A DNA stretch of 63,832 nt, filler included, from Vannella sp. (Eukaryota): assembly GCA_023345925.1 (NCBI GenBank). It is 7 parts of 7 records of this genome, joined end to end, with 100 filler letters (N's around TTAATTAATTAA, not from the genome) between each part and the next. Parts side by side here need not be neighbours in the genome. Positions count along the whole stretch, not along the records: positions 25,937 to 32,984 come from JAJQQN010000033.1; positions 33,085 to 47,357 come from JAJQQN010000784.1; 5 more parts are not named here. One strand, 5' to 3'. The notes below the pieces were generated by a model. It saw only the letters and a list, made by a program, of their open reading frames with translations, made no database searches and had not been told where the DNA came from. Below, piece after piece: positions 25,937-37,662 of the stretch. Made by a program: the position numbers and the translations under genes. Every line of letters begins with the position of its first letter. The stretch's first letter is position 1.

Positions 25937-28900
25937 CTGGGAGAGGAGGTCAAAGGATGGATCCACAAGGCGGGGTACGGGATCGTCGACGAGCAAACCC
26001 AGGGGATCGCTCAAGCACTGCTGGATGCGGGTGATCTGGTCCCTTTCCAAGCCACCAGCCCGGAGAGAGAACTCAGTGGGACCTTCAGAGAAGAGGAGAG
26101 CTACTACCTTTACTTTCCTACTCTTTCGTCCTCCTTCAAGGTTCACAGTCTTCTGACCCCTTTCTCGGGGTCTTCTTCCATCCTCATCTATGCAAAGGAT
26201 GACTACAAGGAGATGATCCTTGCCAAATGGTTCAAGAAGGTGAACGACACGGAGGTTCGGTGTTTGTTGCGAGAAGCTCGTCTCCTCTCCTCCCTCCGGA
26301 ACCCTGGATCTCCTGTCATCAACTCCATCAATCGCACAGATTCGTTCTTCCTGGCACAAAGGCGTTGGGAAGGAGGAGCGCCTCTCCTCGTTCGCATATA
26401 CGAGAAGGAGAATGACGAGGATCTGATTATCAAGCTGCTAGAGAAGGCGTGTGCCATCATTGAGACTTACCACAATGCTAACGTTGTTTGTGGTCGTCTC
26501 ACACTGAAGAGTATCTTTGCTGGTGTGGATGGAACGCTCACAGAACGCACCGCAATCAAGTTGCTGGATACTGAGCATTTGACCCAGCTGGGCGATGATG
26601 CTATGGACTTGCCAGCACCTCCTTTGACCCTATTTTCTGCCCCAGAACTCTTCGGGAACCCTTCAGCTCGCCCCACCACAGCCTCGGACATGTGGAGTTT
26701 GGGGGTTTGCATGTATTGGCTCCTTTATGGCGGCCCGCCTTTCATCTGTTTGGACCTTTCTCTCATCCCCAGCTTGATGTCTCAACCGTTGTCTCTTCCA
26801 CCAGTGGAAACTTCCCTTTTGTCGAAGATCATTCCCAGGTTGGTTTCTATTCAACCGAACAGTCGAATGAAGATTAAGGACGTGATGAAGCTGCTTCGCC
26901 AACACAAGTCAGCAGACACTACTAACCTTGTTCCGTGTCCTTACAATGCGTGGCGGTCCATTTCGTGCTCACAGATGTGCTGTGACCAAGAAGAGGAGGT
27001 TTATTGTCCCACCTCAGTGACTGAGAGCACGAAAAATGGACTCCGTTCACTCCTTGGTCGCTCAAAACCGAAGAGTAGTGTGTCCAAGGATCAATCAGAA
27101 CTTCGTCCCATTGAAATCGGGATTTGCAGTAACTCTCGCGAATCAACAAAAGACTTGATGGGTGTTTTTGGTCTCGTTCAACACATGGAAGAGAATGACC
27201 AGTACGAAACATACACCAACAATGAGCTTCGTGTTCGTTTTCATGCAATCGATGCTCACTGCTTGGAATGGGATTCGAACTTCGCATTATTGACTCGCAT
27301 TTACTACTTGGTGGACCTCTCTAAGGTTGCACCTCATGATGAACATGACAAAATGGGCCTGAAGGACTCCGTAGCGGCGTTCAGAAGGCTCTACCACTCA
27401 GAGAGGTTCTTTGATCAAAACCGCACAGCGCTTTACAACATTCCAATCACCATCATCTTCGCGAATTGTTTCCAATTCAAGTCCCTGTGGAGGATTCACT
27501 TGGAGGATTTCAGCAAACTAGGAGTGAAGGGAGACTCATTCGACGAGGCTATTCAATATCTGGATGAGATGTTCCTTTCGATTATTCAGCTCACTCCCAC
27601 TCCTCGTGTTGTCCAGACCAGTTTCCTTTTGGGAGCTACGAAAGAGGGCGTTTTGGAAATCGTGACCAATGACGCAAACGAATATCGTGTCAAGTGTGAG
27701 CCAAAGGATTTCGACCAAATGGTAACTCGAGTGGTGCAGGGGAAGATTGCAAGTGTGAACCTCAGTTTCCCATTCTTCCAATCCAAGAGCAAGCTCACCC
27801 AGTTCTCTGCCCTGCGTGATGCCCTTAGCGATTTCCAGTCTGTAATTAGGGAGTTGAATATCACTAATCTCGGCCTCAAAGACAAGGAACTTGCCTTCCT
27901 TTATGATTCACTCCAAACCAACGCTTCCTTAGTGACTTTGAATCTCTCTCGAAATCCTTTTGGAGACTGTGGTATGGCGGCACTAAGTAGGGCATTACGG
28001 AACCATAGCGCTCTGGAGGTGCTTATCTTAGTTGATGTGGGAATGACCAGTGCTGGTGCCGCCCAGATAGCTTCCATCATCTCCACACTTACTCGCTTGA
28101 AAGTGTTGGATGTCTCTCGGAATCGCGTGGGAGATGAAGGCTGCATTGAGATCGCAGAGATGCTCCACTGTAATGACAGCCTTGAAGAGCTTCATATGCA
28201 AGATTGTGGGCTTTTTGAAGCGGGATTCCTGGCGCTCTGCTCAGTCCTCGAGATTCAACCTCTTCGCGTCCTCAATCTCAACTACAACGTGATTCCCTCC
28301 TACATGATACGGGCCATGTTATCCTCTTTGCGTGTTGGTATGGCATCCCATCCGATACGAATCATTCTTCAAAAGTTGTGCGAGAGGCGAATTCTCGATC
28401 AATACTTATCCAAACACCAGAGCCGGTACGAGAAGCACGAAGCAGCGTCCTTTTCGTATGACCCAATCAAAGTTACTTCGATTGCAAAGGTTGAAGAGCT
28501 TCTCATTGACTACCTGGAAACAGTGTCACAAAAGTACAACGACCAGCTGGACTTTTCGTTCTGCCGCCTCCCTCACTTTACTTTGGTGCCATCTTGGGAC
28601 TTTCTTGACACAATTGTGTCTCTGAATCTCAACAACAACCAACTCAAACTCTTCCCACCGGCTATTGGGGGCTTGAGAGGGCTCCGGAGCCTTTCTCTCG
28701 CTCACAATAAGATAACCTCTATTGCTGGAATAGAGACTATGGTGGGTTTAGAGCGACTCATTCTCAACCACAACAAGCTGGAAAAGATCTCCCAAGTCGC
28801 CCGGTTGACCCGATTACAGTATTTGGATGCCCGGCATAACATCCTCCGGGCGCCTCCTGAATTAAGTGACCATTTCCAGCTGCAGCATCTCCTTTTCGAC

Positions 28901-31900
28901 TGCAATGAGCTTCTCCGAGTGCCTTACTACATATTCACACTCCCCAAGCTCCGGAACTTTTCGATAATGCGGAATCGGGTGGTCACCAGTCGCGCAATAA
29001 TCATTGGGGCTTGGTCTCGAAACCTTCGCATCCTCAACCTCTCTCGATTGAACATTTCCTATTTACCAAAGGAGATCGGTCAGATGGATAGTCTGATTGA
29101 CTTGAATCTCAGCAAGAATAAGCTGTCTTATATCATCCCCCAGCTAGGCATATTGGCGAATCTACGAGTCCTCGACCTCAGTGATAATGCCCTTGAGAGT
29201 CCGCTCTCTATGTTACCTTTGGCAAAGCTCAATCTCTCATTTATCAACATGCGGGGGAACGACAAACTACCGCATTCAATGATGGGAACTGCTGCTGAAG
29301 TGAAGGCGTTTTTACAGGCTGAAGTTGACAAAATAGGGCCATTTACAGAGATACGGCGTGCCAAGGTGGTTCTTGTTGGAAAGGAGGACGTCGGAAAGAC
29401 TGTGGTGTCCCAAATGCTTCGCACGCCTCGGAGACAAAGGAAAAAGTTGGGTATATCACTTGCTAGCGCTGATGCACAACCTTCCAGCAACATTACCATT
29501 CATGAGTGGACGCCTTGTCCCAAAACAGACCCAACCCAGGTGTTAACTATCTGGGATATGGCTGGTGCGTCAGTCTACCACACAACGCACGCTTTCTTCC
29601 TCGAAGAACGTTCTATTTATCTGGTCTTCTTTGACTTGGCGTTTCCTATCAGTGAGAAGGAGAGACGACGAGAAGACTTGTTTACAAAGCAATCCGTTCT
29701 CACTTGGTTGGAGATGATAGCCGCCAGTGCCCCAAACAGTCCAGTCATCCTCGTCGGAACTCACGCAAATGATCTCTCAGAAGAGGCATTGGAGGTTCTC
29801 GGTCCTGCTCTCGTGGAGAAGTACGGTTCCAAGTACCCTCAAATAGCCAGTTTCATTTCCATCAATGCTTTGGATGCTTCTGATATCGAGACTTTGGAGG
29901 GAATCATTCTGGATGTATTCCATAAGCAATCCTTTGCATCCCAGAAGTTCCTGCATGGGTATCACGATCTTGTTCTCTCCATTATGACCGAGAGAACGTT
30001 GAATAATCCGCCATTTGCTAGTCTTGGCGAGTTTGAGCGGATGGTCATCGACTGTGGTATTGAAGGTTCAGCTCAAACTGTTGCAGAGTATCTTAATCAA
30101 ATGGGCATCATCTCTTACTTTAACGACAAGAAGCTGGGCATTTCTTCCAATGTGGTGCTGGATCCCACATGGCTGATTAATCTCATCTCAACAGTCATCG
30201 CTTCTGGGGATAACGGCATTGAGAAGGGGGTTTTCTTTCACAGTCAAATGGCGAAAATTTGGGTCAACTACCCGCCCTCTTTGTATCCTTTCCTCGTGAA
30301 TCTCTTCAATCAGATCGAACTCATTTTTACTCATCCCCATCCTGACCCTAAAAAGGGGACTTACAGTCTCATTCCGTCCATGTTCAGCACTTCAAGCCTC
30401 GGAGCGCAGAGCAAGTTCATTCCCGTTGATGACTATCTCGCACTGGGCTTTGGTACTCAACTGGAGAGGGTTTACCAGTTCGATTTCCTTCCTTTTGGCT
30501 TCTTCTCACGACTGGTTGTTCGCCTTCTCCACTTTACCACTCTTTCATTTGCTTGGAAGAGTGGATTAGTATGCAGTAGCGGGGAGCAAATCGCTCGCAT
30601 TGAAATCGAAATGAACTCTGAAGTGAGCGTGAAGGTACGCGGAAATAACCCTGCCAAGCTCATGCGCATGATTGTCGAGAACATTGACCTCCTCCTGGCC
30701 GGTTGGTACGATAGCCGACCCAAAGTTCTTGTTCCTTTCGTGCTGACAGGCTCGCACGTGGACAATCTGGTGGACTATTACTTCTCCCTGGAAGAGCTCG
30801 AGGAGGCTGCAGCTTTCAGTCAAACAGTAGTTAACTTTGATGTTTCTTCTCATCGCCAGGGTGGTCTTAAAACTGGCAGGAGAGGCACAGTTAGCTCTCC
30901 TCCCCAGATTATTCCCATTCGCATTGACTCTGTGGCACCTGACCTTGTCATGGCCGATGTCTCTGAACTGCTTATGAAGTGGGAGGATCTCGAGATAGAA
31001 AAGCAGATTGGCCAGGGGGCCTTTGGTATCGTTTATGCGGCCAAATACAAAGGGCGGCGCGTTGCTGTCAAGCTCATTGAAGTGGAGAAGAACATGAAGG
31101 TGGAAGCGTACGGTGAATTCCGCCGTGAAGTCGCCCTGTGCAGTGAACTCAAACATCCTGCCATTGTGGAGTTATGTGGTGTATGCTTAGACCCCTGGGG
31201 CTTAGCTCTGGAGTTTATGCCCCATGGAGACCTCTTTAGCTTCCTCCAAAAGAGGGAGAATGTGATCACCTGGAAGATGCGTCTCCAAATAGCCTTCAAC
31301 ATTGCCGAGGCTGTCCGTTTCCTTCACAGCTTCCAACCAAAGATTATCCACCGTGACCTTAAATCTCCCAACTGCCTGGTAAGTCACACTATTGCCATCT
31401 CCCTGTCATTCTTGGACACTCTCTACGCTCACTAACACTAATCCATCCCCAGATGGCAAGCATAGACCCTAATGCTGAATATCTTGTCAAAGTCACCGAC
31501 TTTGGAGAGAGCCGAGCTGTTGCCACTTCCTACACTGGAAGGGACCGACTTCACAATCCTGGTATGTTATTGACTTGAAAGACTCTTTCCTCCCGACTGA
31601 CTGGATGGCGCGAAAGTGTGGCTTGCACCAGAGATTATGAAAAAGGAGCAGTATACTGAGAAAGCTGACGTCTTTAGCTTTGGCATTATCATGTGGGAGC
31701 TCATCGGCCGAGCGGTTCCTTTCTCCGAGTACGAGATTGCCCAGTCTGCCTTCACCTACCAACTGGAAGATGCCATCATTGGCGGGTTACGCCCGACTGT
31801 TCCAGAAGGACAGTTCTGCCCTCACGGATGGATAGCCCTGATGGAAGCGTGTTGGAGTGGTGACCCCAAAGCGCGCCCTCAGTTCGAGGACATTTCCAAG

Positions 31901-31954
31901 CGCATTCGCCGCATCCAGGACTCGATTAGTCCGAAGATCGCTGATAGTACATAG
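25937..31954 (+). CDS. Roco kinase: DEP-like, pseudokinase, G-alpha-like, LRRs, ROC, COR, TKL kinase (5' truncated)
   Basis: Frame open from 25937. ROC KVVLVGKEDVGKT, IWDMAG, ILVGTH; COR VVLDPTWL; kinase IGQGAFG, HRDLKSPN, VTDFG, WLAPE. Introns 31379-31452 and 31562-31616. Confidence 0.92.
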
Positions 31955-31982
31955 CCATAGGGTACATAAAGCCCTTCTTTAG

Positions 31983-32984
31983 TTAGTTGTAAGCGTGCAC
32001 GAAGAGCAGAGCGATTCCCATTGTTGTGAGCAACACAACGATGAAGAGGCGGAAGTTGATTCCCTCCTCAGAGGACTTGCTGAGGATGTCCTTGGCATGG
32101 CTTACACGTGAAGTGCTTTCCACTGCCATCTGGTGGAGGTTCTCAATGTCTTCGCTCTGCTCTTCGACTTTGGTGGAGAAAGTCTCTTGCAGGGTGCTGA
32201 TCTCCACCACCTGCCTCTCCACCACTCGTACTTGATCCACTTTGCTTTCAAGCTCTTCTATAAGCTCTCTACTCTCTTGCTGCAGCTGAGCAGCCAACTG
32301 AGGGTTGTCTTTAAGCTTCAGACTCGACGGTTGATCCAACCCTTCTTCAGAGTGTGGAATGGGAACGTGGAACTGCGAGGCAAACTGTATCCTCCTTTCT
32401 TCCAAGTCGCTGCGGTCCTTCTCTCGGAGAGAGACCTTCACAGGAGTAGCCAGGTCGTCTGCTAACTTGACGTGCTCGTTGTCACCCATGTGCAGCCCTC
32501 TGGCCGAATGTCAATTCGCTGTGTGAGCGTGACCAACTGAAATGCATTACCCTTCTTTGTTCAAGTGCATCTGTTGGATGCGACGAGCCCTTTGTACTTG
32601 GAAGAAGGCGGAAAGCGCCTCCATCCTCTGAAAGAGGATCAATAGGACTCCCTTTCGGGACTCTACACTGTCTGGGGCCTCGTTTCCGTAAACGATGACC
32701 TTCTTCAGTTGCTCTAGCTTCTCTACTAGATGCTTGAAGCTCTTCTGCACCTTGTTTTCGATGCTGTCTCGCTCTTTGTCCTCCATCCCAGCTCGTAGCG
32801 TGCCAGAGAAGTGTCGAAAGGGATCTAAATAGTCCTTTCGCGAGGCAGTTATGTAGTTACCTAGCACCTTGATCTCTGATTGCTGTCAAAAGGGGTCAAC
32901 AAGTACGAACCACCAACACAGGCCCATTCTCCCTCACCAATTGGTCTGCTTCCTCCAAGAAAGAGGAGACACGTCGCCTCTTCC
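31983..32984 (-). CDS. STX18: Syntaxin-18 / Ufe1 / SYP81-like Qa-SNARE (5' truncated)
   Basis: SNARE motif VRVVERQVVEISTLQETFSTKVEEQSEDIENL, C-terminal TM ending HAYN; N-part RKDYL..MEDKERDSIE. Confidence 0.85.
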
Positions 32985-33084
32985 NNNNNNNNNNNNNNNN
33001 NNNNNNNNNNNNNNNNNNNNNNNNNNNNTTAATTAATTAANNNNNNNNNNNNNNNNNNNNNNNNNNNNNNNNNNNNNNNNNNNN
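32985..33084. other. Artificial contig linker
   Basis: N44-TTAATTAATTAA-N44. Confidence 0.98.
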
Positions 33085-33598
33085 TGGAAAGGGCTCTTTG
33101 ATGGTCGCTTCTTGTCTGTTTTTGAGGCTGGTCATTCCTGCCTTGGTTTCTCCTCATAAGTTTGGCTTATCAGATAGAGAGATGCCCATTCATCAGCTTA
33201 GAATCGCCTTATTACTTGGCAAATCCTTCCAACGCATCGTCAATGGAAAGGCTTCTGATAGTTTGGGTCCTCTGGCTGGTCTCGTTGAGCAATATCACGT
33301 AGAACTCATCAATGCAGTTCGATCTATTGTTCTCTATGCAAAAATAGAGTCCCGCAATGGCATCTTGTGGGCAAAGAAGACCGAAATCCTCCCCGCTGGA
33401 GTTAGTCTAAGCCCTGAAAAGGGGACAATGCAATGCAGAATACTCCAGCTCAAAATATGTGACTATCTGTGGGAGCATCTCCCTCAAACTATCCATCTCC
33501 TGTCCGCTCCCGTCAAAGAAAAGTTGATTGCTTTCGCTCCCCAATTCTCAAAGGAACCTGAAGTCCTCCCTACCCTTCCTGAGAAGGTTGCTGACTGA
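33085..33598 (+). CDS. RasGAP-domain protein, C-terminal fragment
   Basis: LFLRLVIPALVSPHKFGL (FLR...PA..SP signature) followed by GKSFQRIVN. Confidence 0.72.
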
Positions 33599-33940
33599 GA
33601 TTCTAAGGAGAAATATAAGTTATTATATCTATTAGCCAACCAGACTCTCGGTGAAGGCAAACGACGTACCAAACGTAGCGTTGCAGGAATTCCCTTTTGG
33701 TACATTCATTCCCTTGACCAGGCCAGGAACTGCAAGCCGCCTTGGAACATGGATATGGTATAACACAACCAATACAATGCTCAGAATCAACATCACGAAC
33801 TTCAACGCTCTTCTCTTCAAATCCCATTTCTCGGAAACACTTCTCGCCTGGATCAACTGGACTGGTTCTTCAGTGAGCCATCAACACCAGCTCCAAGAGG
33901 GAGTTAGCATACGTTACTGTGAAGTGCCAAAAGTCATTAG

Positions 33941-35642
33941 ATGATGGCCCAGCGGAAGAGGGGTGAGTGGCTGGTGGGGGTAAGGGGTGGAGGGTCTGAC
34001 GGGAGGGGAGATTCGGACTTTCAGTTGATAGCAGACTATGTGGGACTGGCGCCTTGCTCGCGGCATGGCCACAGCGCTGTGGTGGACGAGAAGTGCGGAG
34101 GAACGATGATCATCTTTGGGGGCAGCGACGAGAAAGGGCAGTTCTGTACAGACCTGGCTCTCTACTCTATCGAAGCACGTGAATGGACTCTGCTTCCACC
34201 ACTTCCAGATGCTCCAACAGGGCGTCAGTTCCACTCTTCGGTTCTATTCGAAGATTGGATGTACGTCTTTGCAGGCAACTCGAACGGCTACTACAACGAC
34301 CTACACCGCTTCCACGTAGAACGCCATCTTTGGGAACCCGTACGAGCCTTAGGAGAGCCTCCTTCCCCTCGCGCTGGGCACACGGCAGTGGTTTATGGCA
34401 AGTCTATGTTCGTACACGGGGGCTACGACAAGAATGGGCTCTCCTGTCATGACCTACATGAGTTCTCCTTCGAAACGAACATGTGGAAGCTCCTCACAGC
34501 CAAGGGAATCAGTCCTCCTGACACGTTCCACCATGCAGCGGTCGCCTACCAAGGCTCCATGTACGTTCTAGGCGGCTACCGCATCGAATCATCGTGTCTA
34601 CAAGAGTATCGCTTTGGTAACTACTCTCTGAAGCAAGCAGACGCCCTTATCTGACTCTCTCCAAGGCACAGGGACGTGGTCCGTGGTCAATGCCAAGGGG
34701 ACCGTCCCTTCGGCACGTTGGGGCCACAAGATCCTCATCTTTAACAACATACTGTACGCCTTTGGTGGCCGCGATAACGTAGCCAACCCCAATGAGATGT
34801 ACGAGTTCCACTTTGGTATGTCAATTCTCTCTTTCCCTTCTCCCTCTCTTCCTCTCTTCCTCACTCTCTTCCTTCCTCCCCAAAGCCACTCAGGAATGGA
34901 AGAAGTCACCTATGAGAGGCATTGAGCCTCGGTTCTTCTTCTCTGCGGAGCTTCATGACCACATTGTATATATCTTCGGGGGCACGAATATCTTCCATTT
35001 TAGCCTTGAAGGGCTTTATCAATGTGACTTGGGTATGCTCATGAACTCTAATCTACCACAAGTATGCTGATTGACCCATTTTCAGTGAAAATGTCAAGTC
35101 CATGCACTTTGGTGGAAGACTATCGCGGCCTTCTCAATAACCCTGAGCTCGCAGATGTCGTCTTCCGGTTCCCTCAAGAGAAAAATTGTATCTATGCACA
35201 CCGTAGCATTCTCGTATCGCGGTGCAAACCCTTTTCGGCCATGTTTCGAGCGGGAATGAAGGAAAGCCGGAAAGGAGAAATCATCATTTCTAATCTCTCC
35301 TTTCCGGCTTTCTACGCTCTTTTAGAGTATCTTTATACCGGCCAGCTCTTTGCATCCCCTTCAGAGTACCTCCTGGTCTTGCAAGCAGCTGACTTGTACC
35401 AATTAGGTCACTTAAAGAAGATTTGTGAACGCAAAGTGGAGCGCTTTGTGGACACCATTAACGCGGCTTACATCCTACAGACAGCCGATAAGTTCAAGGC
35501 TCCTCAACTGAAGAGCTTTTGCTTGCTATTCATCGCCAAGAACATGGCAGAAGTCCAGATCTCAGAAGGCTACCAAATGTTGGAACCGGATCTTCACAGC
35601 GAGATCACAAAAACTCTGAATAACCTCTCGACATTGGACTAG
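33941..35642 (+). CDS. Kelch-repeat plus BTB protein (LZTR1-like architecture), multi-exon
   Basis: PCSRHGHSAV..IFGG, PSPRAGHTAV..VHGG, PSARWGH; BTB ADVVF..IYAHRSILVSRC..FYALLEYLYTG. Confidence 0.9.
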
Positions 35643-35730
35643 CTTTGAGTGATTGGCATCAGCACAACGAGGAGATGCGTCTAAACGCGTTTCATTGAAG
35701 ATTCGATGGGAAGGGGGACGGGAAGGGGTC

Positions 35731-37587
35731 TTAAAGGTCGGGAATGTCGTAGCCGTGGGAGACCACTTCCTCTTCAGCTATGAAGATGCTCTCATAAGGG
35801 GATCCTGGACACATGTGCTTGAGCCCCAGGCTCTTGTTGTACTGAGTAATGAACTCTTCTAAAGAAGCGCATTCGGTTGTCCCAACCAGATAGGAGAGGC
35901 CGGGCCGGTGGTAAACCCGGTAATGCTTGATACCAGTAGCAGTAACAGTTGAAATGGCGTAGCATCCGGGGTCGCGAGCGCTGAACCGGACCAAGAAGAC
36001 TCCCTTCCGCTTCTGCGCTGCCAGCTTTTTCTCTGCCTCTGGCGCTGAGATCTCTCCATGGAACCATCTGTGTCATCTGTAAGTCTGATTGCTCTCTCTC
36101 CTACGTCAAAACTACTCACGGTCGACGAAGGAGGCCTTCCACACTCTCCAGGAAGGAGCGGAGATCCTTCATGGGTCCAAACCACTCCAGAATGCGAGAG
36201 AACTGTTCCATGGACACCTTGTCATCAGTCCCTACAAGGAGAGTCTTCAGACACTTCCAGCGAGTGTCCTGAGCGGCGTCTTTGGGGATGGCCTCCTTAA
36301 AGTAGGCGGTGAGGGCGATCGTAAAGTTCTTCCAGGAGATCTTCTCGCGGAGCTTTTGGGCCATAAAGTACTTCTTCCATAGCTTACACCCGTTGTCATC
36401 ACGAATGACAGCCTCCACCACAATCGTATCGAAGAGGCCGACGATTTGGGAGAACTTTGGACGTGCCTTTGGGTCCGTGCTCCAGCAGGCCTCTATAAGT
36501 CTACGCAGCTTCTTGGGGCAGTCTTTGGGGATCTCAGGTCGCTGTTGTGCGTCAACCACGGACGTCATCATCGCAGAGAAGGTCTCAATCCCTCCAAATG
36601 GATCCTTCTCGGTGAATAGCTCCCACAGGACGATTCCAAACGAGTACACATCAGCGCTTTCGTCATACTGTTTGTTTTGTAGCACTTCTGGTGCCATCCA
36701 GAGTGGCGCTGCCCTCTTGTGTGAGTTGTGCCAAGTTGCCTCGGCCTCTCATGACTTACTCCCGATAGTACCGTAGGTTCCCATAGATCCTGGTGTCTCA
36801 TGCTTCTTGATATGAGACAACCCAAAGTCAGCCACCTTGACTGTCCAGTTCTCGTCCACCTGCGAACCATCGTCAATTCTCCTCTCGTTTTCTCTCTCCC
36901 TGCTAGAGAGGAGCCCTTACCAGAAGGTTGTGAGTCTTCAAGTCACGATGGATGAAGGTTGGCTTGGAGCAGTGAAGCCAGTTCATGCCCAGGGCAGCAT
37001 CCTTTGCCATTTTCATCTTCTGTTTGAAGGAAAGGGTGATGTTCTTGTCGTGAAGCACGTCGTACAAGCTCCCGCGAGGCATCAGTTCAGTGACCATCAT
37101 GTAGTTGCCAGGTTGCATCACAGAGCCCATGAAGAGGATGACGTTGGGATGGCGGATTTTGCTGTCGAGCAGGGTAAGCTTCAAAGTAGCTCTCCAGGCC
37201 TTCCCATGGAGAGAGGAAGCGTACCTCATGATCATCATCTCCGCTCGAAAGTCCTCTTGCGCTTCCTCGTCAAAGGTGGTGACGTGGAGCTTCTTGATGG
37301 CAACGTCTTTACCGTGGAGCTTCCCTTTGTACACAGTCCCAAAGGCACCGCGTCCTAGCTTCTTTCCAGCCTCAATCTCATCCGGATTCAACTCCCAACG
37401 CACGGGGTTATCCAACATAGACGCTCTCTCGATAGTGGCCGAGATGGACGACTCAGACACGCCACGGGGAAGGGAGCCCTACTCCCTCCATCAACACCCA
37501 AGAGCCTCCTAACCACAGATCACATACCCGCAGGTCCACGCTCTCAAACTTAGAAGCGATAGACGACCACTCGCCATCGTCTCCCAT
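35731..37587 (-). CDS. Shk-type kinase (TKL kinase plus C-terminal SH2), multi-exon
   Basis: LGRGAFG, VAIK, HRDLKTHN, WMAPE; after the last intron, SH2 WFHGEIS..GVFLVRFS..IKHYRV, ending CPGSPYESIF. Same architecture as Dictyostelium Shk kinases. Confidence 0.9.
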
Positions 37588-37662
37588 CGAGGCCGGGACG
37601 TCAGAAAGTGAAGAAAAAATAGAATATTGAAATTGAATATTGAGAACAGAGGCAAAAGAGGA

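Noticed and set aside
33603..33940. Small Cys-rich minus-strand gene
   Set aside because: No convincing start or splice model, and no family recognised.
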